A program made the translations under genes and the position numbers. From an archaeon (GTDB lineage: Archaea; Iainarchaeota; Iainarchaeia; Iainarchaeales; 1-14-0-10-31-34), in contig JAJRVL010000001.1 in NCBI GenBank assembly GCA_024277355.1, forward strand, positions 1 through 32,000: DNA of 32,000 bases, read 5' to 3'. Below, piece by piece: positions 7,931-15,418 of the stretch (within the stretch, counting starts at the first letter, position 1; the number at the start of each line of letters is the position of its first letter). Under the pieces are notes generated by a model, which saw only the letters and a list, made by a program, of their open reading frames with translations, was not told where the DNA came from and did no database searches.

Positions 7931-10405
7931 ATGAATTCAAAACATTTTCTTTTAATAATTTTTTTTATTGCAAGTTTTTCCAGTGCTTTTGCAGCAATTA
8001 CTGTAATAGTAAATTCTCCTAATGGGAGCCAATATATAAATGAAACTTATGTACTTGACTTTAACTGGACTGACTCAAATGAAGCTGCATTAACCTATGA
8101 AGCAGACTTATATTACAGTACAACCGCAGGCGCTTTCAGCAATACAATTGCATTAAATGTTGACTTAACTGATGCAAATGCAACAAATCCAGATTCAAAT
8201 GTTGCTACAACAAACAATTATGTTTTTAGTTGGGATACAACAACAGTTACAGATGGAAATTATTTTATTGATGTAATAGTCCACAATGGAAATGCCACCC
8301 AAGCAGATGACTCCTCTGATACAAGTTTTAATTTAGATAACACTGCTCCAGCAACAACTTGGAGCGGAGATAATGATACATGGAAAACTTCAGATATTAC
8401 AGTGACTTTAACCTGCACTGATGCAAATTCTGGATGCGATACAACACAATATCGCTTAGACACTAATGCAACAAATACAGTAACTTATGGAAGCTGGACT
8501 GCTTACTCAACTTCTTTTACTATTTCAACTGACGGAAATTATGCAATAGACTTTAATTCAACTGACCGAGCAGGAAATCTTGAAACAACAAATACAGTTT
8601 ATGCATTGTTAGATAAAACAGCAGCTACTACAACAGATGATTCCCCTGCAACCTGGCAAAATTCTTCTTTTGATGTTACTTTAACTTGCTCTGACGGAGA
8701 CACTACAACAGCTACAAGATCTGGATGCAATGTTACACAATATAGAATAGACAGCGGAAGCTGGACTGCTTACTCAACAGCAATAAGTATTTCAACTGAT
8801 GCAAATCATCAAATTGATTATAATTCAAGCGATAATGCAGGAAACATTGAAACAACAAATATCACTTATGCTGCATTAGATACTGTTGCTCCAACAACTT
8901 CCTGGGATGGAAACCATAATGTTTGGCAGGCATCTGATGCAAATGTTCACTTAACTTGTAACGATTCAACAAGTGGTTGCAGTTCAACAAAATACAGATT
9001 AGACACTGATGCTTCAAACACAATAAGTTATGGCGCATGGACAACATATGATACAAATATTCTTATAACTGCAGACGGAAATTATGCAATAGACTTTAAT
9101 TCAACAGACAATGCAAATAATATTGGAGATGTTAATACCTTTTATGTTTTAATTGATCAGATTGCTCCAATTGTAACAATTAGTTCTCCAACTGAAGGAT
9201 GGAGTACAAAAACAACAAACACTTCAGTTCAAGTAACATTTAATTATAGTACAACAAACACAGGAGACCTAAATAAATATTCAATAAGAATGGATTCAGG
9301 AGACTGGATAAATAACGGTTTAAATACAACATATACTTTTTCAGCAGGAATTGGATCTCATACTTTATTTGTAATAGCAACAACTAACTCAGATTTAAAC
9401 AGTTCAACTGCTTCTGTTGGAATAGTAATTATACAAGAAAGCGGTGGATTAAATTACTGCGATGCTTCACAAGGAGATATTTGTAATGAAAACGAAGAAT
9501 GTACAGGAAACTGGTTAACAGTTTTAGATTCAAATAGATGCTGTTCAGTTAAATGCACTGCTTTAGCAGAAGAAATTTGCGGCAATGAAGTATGTATTGG
9601 AGATGAAAACTCAACTAATTGCCCAACAGACTGCCCTAAAGAAACAAAAGAAGTTATAATGGAAAAAACAATTTCAAAAAAACCTACTTCAAAAGAAATA
9701 AAAGAAAAATTAACTGAAGCAGGAGCATCAGAAACAGCAATAAAAAAAGCTTCTCAGGCAGTAGAAAAAACAACAGTAAGCAGAACAATCAAAGTAGAAA
9801 AAATAACAGACAACACAACAAAAAAAACAAGCTATAATACTATTATGACAATTAGTGTTTCAAATCCAGGAAACAAAAAAATACAAAAAATTAAAGTAAT
9901 TGAAAGTATTCCAAAATCTATTGCATTAACTGCATCACAAATAAAAAGTAATTCAAGTTTTACAGTACTAAAAGAAGATCCAATAATTCAATTTGAAATA
10001 GAAGAAATAAATTCAAAACAAACAAAAACAATAAGTTATACAGTAAACAACAATGTTACTGAAGAAACAGCAAATGAAATAACCATGCCAATAATATTAG
10101 AATTCCAAGAAGAATCTCTAAATTTATGTGAAGAAAAAAACTGTGACGATAATAATCCTTGTACAACAGATTCATGCAATAATTTAACAGGCAAATGCAT
10201 TAACACAAATTTAACTGATGGAACAAACTGCGGAACAAACCAAGAATGCAAAACAGGAGAATGCATTACAACATTTTCCACAAAAGAAAAAGATAAGGCA
10301 AAAGAAACAGGCTTAACTCCTATTATTATTTTAGCAATTTTAATAGTTCTTGCAGGAATAGGATACTACTATTATAAAATTAAACCTAAAAATTCCAATA
10401 AATGA
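7931..10405 (+). CDS. Large cell-surface, adhesin-like protein: signal peptide, three ~90-aa tandem beta-domain repeats, Cys-rich modules, C-terminal TM anchor
   Basis: Signal-like N-terminus FLLIIFFIASFSSAFA. Three tandem repeats. Cys modules CGNEVCIGDENSTNCPTDC and CEEKNCDDNNPCTTDSCNNLTGKCINTNLTDGTNCGTNQECKTGEC. C-terminus GLTPIIILAILIVLAGIGYYYYKIKPK. I count 24 N-x-S/T sequons. The start lies 3 nt after the protease stop, with GGAGG at 7916-7920. Confidence 0.7.
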   Translation: MNSKHFLLIIFFIASFSSAFAAITVIVNSPNGSQYINETYVLDFNWTDSNEAALTYEADLYYSTTAGAFSNTIALNVDLTDANATNPDSNVATTNNYVFSWDTTTVTDGNYFIDVIVHNGNATQADDSSDTSFNLDNTAPATTWSGDNDTWKTSDITVTLTCTDANSGCDTTQYRLDTNATNTVTYGSWTAYSTSFTISTDGNYAIDFNSTDRAGNLETTNTVYALLDKTAATTTDDSPATWQNSSFDVTLTCSDGDTTTATRSGCNVTQYRIDSGSWTAYSTAISISTDANHQIDYNSSDNAGNIETTNITYAALDTVAPTTSWDGNHNVWQASDANVHLTCNDSTSGCSSTKYRLDTDASNTISYGAWTTYDTNILITADGNYAIDFNSTDNANNIGDVNTFYVLIDQIAPIVTISSPTEGWSTKTTNTSVQVTFNYSTTNTGDLNKYSIRMDSGDWINNGLNTTYTFSAGIGSHTLFVIATTNSDLNSSTASVGIVIIQESGGLNYCDASQGDICNENEECTGNWLTVLDSNRCCSVKCTALAEEICGNEVCIGDENSTNCPTDCPKETKEVIMEKTISKKPTSKEIKEKLTEAGASETAIKKASQAVEKTTVSRTIKVEKITDNTTKKTSYNTIMTISVSNPGNKKIQKIKVIESIPKSIALTASQIKSNSSFTVLKEDPIIQFEIEEINSKQTKTISYTVNNNVTEETANEITMPIILEFQEESLNLCEEKNCDDNNPCTTDSCNNLTGKCINTNLTDGTNCGTNQECKTGECITTFSTKEKDKAKETGLTPIIILAILIVLAGIGYYYYKIKPKNSNK
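8333..9151 (+). repeat. Three in-frame tandem repeats (276, 267 and 276 nt) encoding ~90-aa domains
   Basis: Units start at LDNTAPATTW (8333), LDKTAATTTDD (8609) and LDTVAPTTSW (8876), and end before IDQIAPIV (9152). Each contains (T/H)LTC.D..SGC...(Q/K)YR(L/I)D...W(T)(A/T)Y...I..(D)(G/A)N..ID(F/Y)NS(T/S)D.A.N. Confidence 0.85.
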
Positions 10406-10472
10406 ATAATAATTTTATCGTTTTCCCTTTTGACAAAAACAAAATATTATTTTTCTTAGTTTAAAAAGTTAG

Positions 10473-11003
10473 CTACTTACATAAACCTAAAACTGAATTA
10501 GCACTTTGATTAATTGAAAACAATAATAAAAGAATTCCAAAAACAGTTAACTCTAATCCATTAAAAGGAAGAAAAGCAAGAATTCCTCCAAAACCTAAAA
10601 TTGAAGCTAAACTTAACGCACAAGAAGTACATCCAGTAGAAAACAAAGCAGAAAAAAAACCTAAAACGCCGTGATGACCAGAAAATAATTTTTTGTCTCT
10701 GCGAAAAATAAAAATTAAAAAAGAAAAATTAATTCCTGCAAGAACTCCAAGCAAAACAACTAAAAACAAAGTTAGTTCAGTGTTAGTTGAAAAAATTCCG
10801 CCAAACAAAGAAAAAATAATTGAAATTTTCTGCATTAAAGTAAAATTTGAAGTTAAAGTTGAAGAAATAAAATCAAAATTTGCAATAAAATTCAAAAAAG
10901 AAACAATAAAAAACGCAGTAAAAAAAGTAAGAAAAAAATATTTTTTTTCAGAAAAAACAATAAAAAAAGATTTTTTTGTATTTGAAAAATTAAAAAAATT
11001 CAT
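10473..11003 (-). CDS. Uncharacterised polytopic membrane protein with a CxxC motif at a TM boundary
   Basis: About 4-5 hydrophobic segments. It has only three Cys: GCTSC in FSALFSTGCTSCALSLASILGFGG plus the C-terminal LGLCK. It lies directly downstream of the DsbA-like gene on the same strand. The K-rich ORF on the opposite strand is judged an AT-bias artefact. Confidence 0.55.
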   Translation of the reverse strand: MNFFNFSNTKKSFFIVFSEKKYFFLTFFTAFFIVSFLNFIANFDFISSTLTSNFTLMQKISIIFSLFGGIFSTNTELTLFLVVLLGVLAGINFSFLIFIFRRDKKLFSGHHGVLGFFSALFSTGCTSCALSLASILGFGGILAFLPFNGLELTVFGILLLLFSINQSANSVLGLCK

Positions 11004-11027
11004 TTAACCACAAAAAAAAGAGGGGAA

Positions 11028-11061
11028 AGGAGGGTTTAACTTAACGTTAAACCAGCCTCCT
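11028..11061 (-). terminator. Interrupted 13-bp hairpin followed by a T-rich run, between the DsbA-like gene and the CxxC membrane gene
   Basis: Minus-strand RNA reads AGGAGG-CUG-GUUUAAC-GUUAA-GUUAAAC-CCUCCU, followed by UUCCCCUCUUUUUUUU. It is GC-rich relative to its surroundings. It starts 8 nt after the upstream stop and ends 24 nt before the downstream ATG. Confidence 0.35.
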
Positions 11062-11069
11062 GAATTGAA

Positions 11070-11873
11070 TCAGCTTAATAATGCATCAATAACACTTTTG
11101 AAAGTAGCTGCAGGCTGAGCTCCTCTAATTAACTGGCCTTCTCCGTCAGCTAAACCAATCAAAAAACTTGGAGTTCCCTGAACGCCAAACTTGCCGCCTT
11201 CTAAAAGATTTGATTCAACTGCATCAGAATATTTACCTGAATCAAAACAAGAATTAAATTCAGTTGAATTTAACCCTAAATTTACAGCCCACTGTTTTAC
11301 ATCATCTTTAGTAATGCTTGAAACAGTCCCTGTTCCTAAAGCATTTTGTTCCGAATAAATTTTGTCATGGAATTCAAAGTATTTTCCCTGGTCTCCTGCA
11401 CATCTTGCAGCTTCAGCATAAGGCTTAGCCATAGGATGAATATTATTTAAAGGAAAATCCTTGTAAGCAAACAAAACTTTGCCTTGTTTAACATAATCAT
11501 CAATTAAAGGTTTAGATGAATTAAACCAGCTTCTGCAAAAAGGACACTGATAATCAGAATATTCAATTACAATTACTTTTGCATTTTCATTTCCTTCAAT
11601 TCCTGCAGCAGTATCCAGTAAATCACTTAGTTTAATTGTACTGCCTGAATTTCCTGTATTAGTATTTGCTTGCTTAGTATTTCCTGAATCAGAATCTCCT
11701 AAATTGACAGTATCTGAATTACCTGAATCCTTATTATTTGTTTTTTCAGTATCTGAAGCAATAATACTTATTCCTGAAACACTTTCACTTAAGTTTCCTC
11801 CAACAACAAAAATTGTTGCAGATAACAATACAGCAGAAAAAATTACTGCTAAAAGTAAATTATTTTCATTCAT
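11070..11873 (-). CDS. Membrane-anchored DsbA-like thiol:disulfide oxidoreductase (thioredoxin fold, CPFC active site)
   Basis: Active site YSDYQCPFCRSWF. DsbA-like C-terminal GTPSFLIG (cis-Pro loop). N-terminal TM LLLAVIFSAVLLSATIFVVGG and a low-complexity N/S/G/D linker. I prefer ATG 11873, which has GGGGG 6 nt upstream, over the track's TTG at 11912. Confidence 0.75.
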   Translation of the reverse strand: MNENNLLLAVIFSAVLLSATIFVVGGNLSESVSGISIIASDTEKTNNKDSGNSDTVNLGDSDSGNTKQANTNTGNSGSTIKLSDLLDTAAGIEGNENAKVIVIEYSDYQCPFCRSWFNSSKPLIDDYVKQGKVLFAYKDFPLNNIHPMAKPYAEAARCAGDQGKYFEFHDKIYSEQNALGTGTVSSITKDDVKQWAVNLGLNSTEFNSCFDSGKYSDAVESNLLEGGKFGVQGTPSFLIGLADGEGQLIRGAQPAATFKSVIDALLS

Positions 11874-11973
11874 TAAATTCCCCCTTGGATTAATATTAGG
11901 ATTACCTAACAATTAAACCTAATCGCAGTAAGGCTTTTAAATATATGGAAAAAAAAGTTTAGTTAAAAAAATT

Positions 11974-13188
11974 TTATTCAAGTATATGCGGAACAGGATT
12001 AGGAATAATAAATTTCCCGTTGAATCCTTTTTCTTTGAGTTTTGGAACAATAATGTTTTTTAAGTTCCATGCTAAAAGCAAGGCATAATCTGGCTGGTCA
12101 GAAAAAACATTTGATTCATCTAAAACTTTTAAATGCATTCCTGGAGAAAACCTTCCAATTTTAAGGCTTTCTCTTTCAGCTAAATAATCTAAAATATTGC
12201 TGTCTATTTCACAGTAATTCAATAAAGTGTTTCCTTTTGCAGGAGCTCCAATTCCCACAATTTTTTTTTCTTGTTTTTTTATGCTAAATAAAATTTCCAT
12301 TAATTTGGTTTTTGTTTCTTTTACTTTTAATGCAAAGTCATCAAAAGTTTTTTTTTCATATAAACCTGCTTTTTCTTCTTCTTTAATTATTTCTGCAATA
12401 TTTTCTGAAACAGGATAAACATTTTTTTTGCAGACATAAACTCTTAAACTTCCTCCATGAGTTGGAATTCTTTCTGCATCAAATACTTCTAACCCATATA
12501 ATTCAAATAATTTAATTAAAGGCTTTAATGAATAATATCTTAAATGTTCTAAATAAATTGAATCATATTCCATTCCTGAAATCATATCTGCAAGGTAATG
12601 TGATTCCTGAACAAAAACACCTTTTTCAGCTAATAATTCTTTTATTCCTTTCATAAAAGAATCTAATTCTTTTACATGAGCAAAAACATTTGTTGCAGTA
12701 ATTATTTTTGCTTTGCCTTGTTTAACTGAAACTTTTTTTGCTGTTTGTTCATTGAAGAATTCTCTTAAAGTCGGAATATTCTTTTGTATTGCAAGTTTTG
12801 CTGATTCCGAAGGATCAATTCCTAAAACTTTTATTTCTTTTGAATAATTTGAAAGCAAAGTACCATCATTTGAACCTATATCTATTGCAAAATCTTTTGA
12901 ATTAAGATTAAATTTTTCAGTTAAATTTGAAACTAATTCAGAAAAATTTTTTACTAACTCTCCGCTTGAGCTTGTAGTATAAACAAAACTGTCTGTAAAT
13001 AAAATTGACGGGTCAACTGCATGAGTTAACTGAACTAATTTGCAGTTATTGCAAAAAGAAACTTCTAAAGGATAAGTTGGTTCTTTTTTGTTTAAATCTT
13101 CTTTTTTTAGAAAACGGTCGCTTGGAGGATGGTTTCCTAAAGACAAAAATTTATGTAAGTTTTCATTTGAACAAATTTGACATTTCAT
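11974..13188 (-). CDS. SAM-dependent methyltransferase with the NDP-hexose C-methyltransferase (TylCIII-like) architecture
   Basis: N-terminal 4-Cys zinc ribbon (CQIC...CNNC). Class I methyltransferase motif AIDIGSNDG. C-terminal C-methyltransferase-type domain (GAPAKGNTLLNY). It starts 11 nt downstream of the SDR gene, preceded by AGGTAA. Confidence 0.7.
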   Translation of the reverse strand: MKCQICSNENLHKFLSLGNHPPSDRFLKKEDLNKKEPTYPLEVSFCNNCKLVQLTHAVDPSILFTDSFVYTTSSSGELVKNFSELVSNLTEKFNLNSKDFAIDIGSNDGTLLSNYSKEIKVLGIDPSESAKLAIQKNIPTLREFFNEQTAKKVSVKQGKAKIITATNVFAHVKELDSFMKGIKELLAEKGVFVQESHYLADMISGMEYDSIYLEHLRYYSLKPLIKLFELYGLEVFDAERIPTHGGSLRVYVCKKNVYPVSENIAEIIKEEEKAGLYEKKTFDDFALKVKETKTKLMEILFSIKKQEKKIVGIGAPAKGNTLLNYCEIDSNILDYLAERESLKIGRFSPGMHLKVLDESNVFSDQPDYALLLAWNLKNIIVPKLKEKGFNGKFIIPNPVPHILE

Positions 13189-13199
13189 TGAATTACCTT

Positions 13200-14177
13200 T
13201 TATTTTTTATTTTCATTAAAGTTTTTTTCATACCACTTAAATGTTTTTTCAAGCCCTTTATCTAAAGTTATTTCTGGTTTATATCCTAAAGCAGTTAATT
13301 TTGTTATATCAGGGCATCTTCTTTTAACGCATCCTTCAGGAGAAGAAAGAATTTTTATTTCAGGATTAACTTCTGCAATTGCAAAAAGTTTTTTTGCTAA
13401 ATCAATTATTTTTATTTCTTCATCGCTTCTTCCAATATGAAATGTTTTTCCTTTTGTTTCTTTTTCCATTACTAATTGTGTTGCTTTAACTGCATCATCA
13501 ATATAACAAAAAGTTCTTGTTTCTGTTCCTCCAAAAATTTTGAAGGGATTTTCTTTTTGAATTATTCTTTCAATAAACTGAGGAATTACATGTCCTGTTC
13601 CCATTCTTGGACCATAAATATTATGATAACGAATTATTGAATAATCAAAGTCATGTAAATGTGCATAAGAATGAACTGTTATTTCTGCAATAATTTTTCC
13701 TCCGCCATAAGACCATCTTGGATTAGATGGATTATCTATTGCCAAAGGAATTTCTTCTGGAGTAGGAATAGGAAATTTTTCTCCCAGAAGTTTGAGTGTT
13801 CCTGCATAAGTTTCTGAACTGGAAGAAAACAAAAATTTTCCTTTTTTTTGTTCAATAAACCAGTCAAGCATATTTATTGTTCCTATTACACCTACTTTGA
13901 TTACTTTATCAGGCATTTTATAGAAGTTTTCAGTTCCGTTTATTGCAGCTAAATGATAAACAAAATCAAATAAATCTAGTTTTGAGAATTCATTTTCTTT
14001 TGTTATATCCATTTTAACAAAAGAAACATTTTCTTTCTCTAAAAATTCTTTGAATTCAGAATCTTGTTTTCCTCTTTCAAAGTTATCTGTTATTGTAACT
14101 TCATAGTTTTCAGCTAACTTTTTAGCTAAATGAAATCCAATAAATCCTGCTCCGCCTGAAACTAATGCTTTTTTCAT
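13200..14177 (-). CDS. NAD-dependent nucleotide-sugar epimerase/dehydratase (extended SDR; decarboxylase or 4,6-dehydratase-like)
   Basis: GGAGFIGFHL Rossmann motif. The catalytic S...YxxxK is present as SSSETY and YGGGK. Confidence 0.75.
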   Translation of the reverse strand: MKKALVSGGAGFIGFHLAKKLAENYEVTITDNFERGKQDSEFKEFLEKENVSFVKMDITKENEFSKLDLFDFVYHLAAINGTENFYKMPDKVIKVGVIGTINMLDWFIEQKKGKFLFSSSSETYAGTLKLLGEKFPIPTPEEIPLAIDNPSNPRWSYGGGKIIAEITVHSYAHLHDFDYSIIRYHNIYGPRMGTGHVIPQFIERIIQKENPFKIFGGTETRTFCYIDDAVKATQLVMEKETKGKTFHIGRSDEEIKIIDLAKKLFAIAEVNPEIKILSSPEGCVKRRCPDITKLTALGYKPEITLDKGLEKTFKWYEKNFNENKK

Positions 14178-14227
14178 AAGAAATATTACATAAAAGAACT
14201 TTTTAAATACTTAAGAATAAAATGAAA

Positions 14228-14237
14228 ATTGTACCAA
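14228..14237 (+). promoter_or_regulatory. ATTGTACCAA motif, copy 1 of 3, at the predicted TSS of the radical SAM-dehydrogenase-GT4 operon
   Basis: Exact 10-mer, 13 nt identical to copy 3 (AATTGTACCAAAA). CTTTTTAAA at 14199-14207 places the predicted +1 near 14232. Confidence 0.45.
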
Positions 14238-14319
14238 AAGCAATATATTAATTCAAAAAAGAAATCATGCTGGTTTAAATTAGTTTTAATTCTTTTTTTT
14301 ATTAATTCAGTGGTAAATA

Positions 14320-15378
14320 ATGTTGCAGGAAAGAAAAAATTTAATTTTAAATACAATTAAAAGAAACGGCATAGCAGGATTAACTAATTTAGCTTTAAGG
14401 TATTATCAGCAAAAAAAAATTCCAGATAAAGCAAGTTATGTTCCAACTGCCTTGCAAATTGAAGTTACTACTGCCTGCAATTTAAAATGCACTATGTGCG
14501 AGCATTCATTTATGCAGGAAATAAGCAGAAATATTACTTTTAATGAATTTAAAAAAATTATTGATGAAAACAAAAACATTCAGGTAATTAATTTAACCGG
14601 AATAGGCGAATCACTGCTTAACCCTGAATTCATTAAAATGGTTGAATATGCAAAACAAAAAAATATTTATGTCTGGTTTAATGACAATTTTACTTTAATG
14701 ACAGAAGAAAAAATGAATAAAATGCTTGACTTAAAAGTTGATTTTATTATTATTTCTTTAGACGGAGCAACAAAAGAAACTTATAATAAAATCAGAGTTG
14801 GTTCAGATTTTAATAAAATAACAAAAAATTTTGCTAAGTTAAGGGAATTAAGAGATTCAAGAAATTTATCTGAACTAAAATTAGGAATTAATGCTGTTGT
14901 ATTAAAAGAAAATTATTTTGAAATAGACAAATTAGTTGATTTAGCGGTAAAGCTTAAAGCAGATAATTTAATGTTTTCAAGCATTATAATGTCAAGCAAT
15001 ACAGGAAAATTATCTTTATGGAATTTAAATGAAAAAGAAATAATTCCTTTTATTGAAAAAGGAAAAATTAAAGCAGAAAAAGCAGGTTTAAGGGTTATTG
15101 CATGGCCTGCAGTTAAATTTGAAAAATCAGAAAAAACCGGCTGTGAATACCCCTGGGCTAATCCTTATATTGGATATAATGGAGATGTACTGCCTTGCTG
15201 TTTTATTCCTCAGATGGCTAATGCAAGAACTCATAAAGAAAACATTATGGGAAATGTTTTTGAAAAACCATTAAAAGAAATATGGAATAATTCTAAGTAT
15301 CAGGAATTTAGAAAAAAAATTAAATCAAATAATCCGCCTAAATCATGCAGTACTTGTTCAAAATTTTACGGGCAATGA
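14320..15378 (+). CDS. Radical SAM enzyme with a truncated SPASM/Twitch-type C-terminal domain
   Basis: CNLKCTMC is the CxxxCxxC motif. C-terminal GCEYPWANPYIGYNGDVLPCC fits CX9-15GX4C, followed by CSTC close to the C-terminus. Confidence 0.75.
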   Translation: MLQERKNLILNTIKRNGIAGLTNLALRYYQQKKIPDKASYVPTALQIEVTTACNLKCTMCEHSFMQEISRNITFNEFKKIIDENKNIQVINLTGIGESLLNPEFIKMVEYAKQKNIYVWFNDNFTLMTEEKMNKMLDLKVDFIIISLDGATKETYNKIRVGSDFNKITKNFAKLRELRDSRNLSELKLGINAVVLKENYFEIDKLVDLAVKLKADNLMFSSIIMSSNTGKLSLWNLNEKEIIPFIEKGKIKAEKAGLRVIAWPAVKFEKSEKTGCEYPWANPYIGYNGDVLPCCFIPQMANARTHKENIMGNVFEKPLKEIWNNSKYQEFRKKIKSNNPPKSCSTCSKFYGQ

Positions 15379-15418
15379 AAATTAAAAGGTTTTTATTAAT
15401 TAAATTAAAAGTGATTAA

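Noticed and set aside
7662-7940. Three overlapping alternative-frame or antisense ORFs (7662-7940 minus, 7704-7934 plus, 7727-7924 minus). The GGAGA(C/T)A(A/G)-type periodicity of this DNA was also considered as a possible repeat array.
   Set aside because: This is the low-complexity G/D/S/N-coding tail of the subtilase gene. The repeats are short, imperfect and in frame, with no spacer/repeat organisation, so it is not CRISPR. All frames are open simply because the composition lacks stop codons.
10693-11007. 104-aa lysine-rich + strand ORF as an alternative to the minus-strand CxxC membrane protein.
   Set aside because: The K-rich product has no motif. The minus-strand product has coherent TM segments and a CxxC, and follows a DsbA-like gene on the same strand. 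This remains the least certain strand call in the window.
11874-11912. TTG-initiated 13-codon N-terminal extension of the DsbA-like ORF.
   Set aside because: ATG 11873 is preceded by GGGGG at SD distance and starts right at the TM anchor. The extension (MLGNPNINPRGNL) has no such context.
14222-14251. Micro-ORFs reading through the ATTGTACCAA motif: MKIVPKAIY at 14222-14251, a TTG-started MGIVPKTPL at 29243-29272 and a GTG-started 18-aa ORF at 23595-23651, all containing I-V-P.
   Set aside because: Start codons and lengths differ, there are no SD sites, and peptide similarity is limited to the three codons that the DNA motif itself dictates. A DNA or RNA-level element is the simpler explanation.
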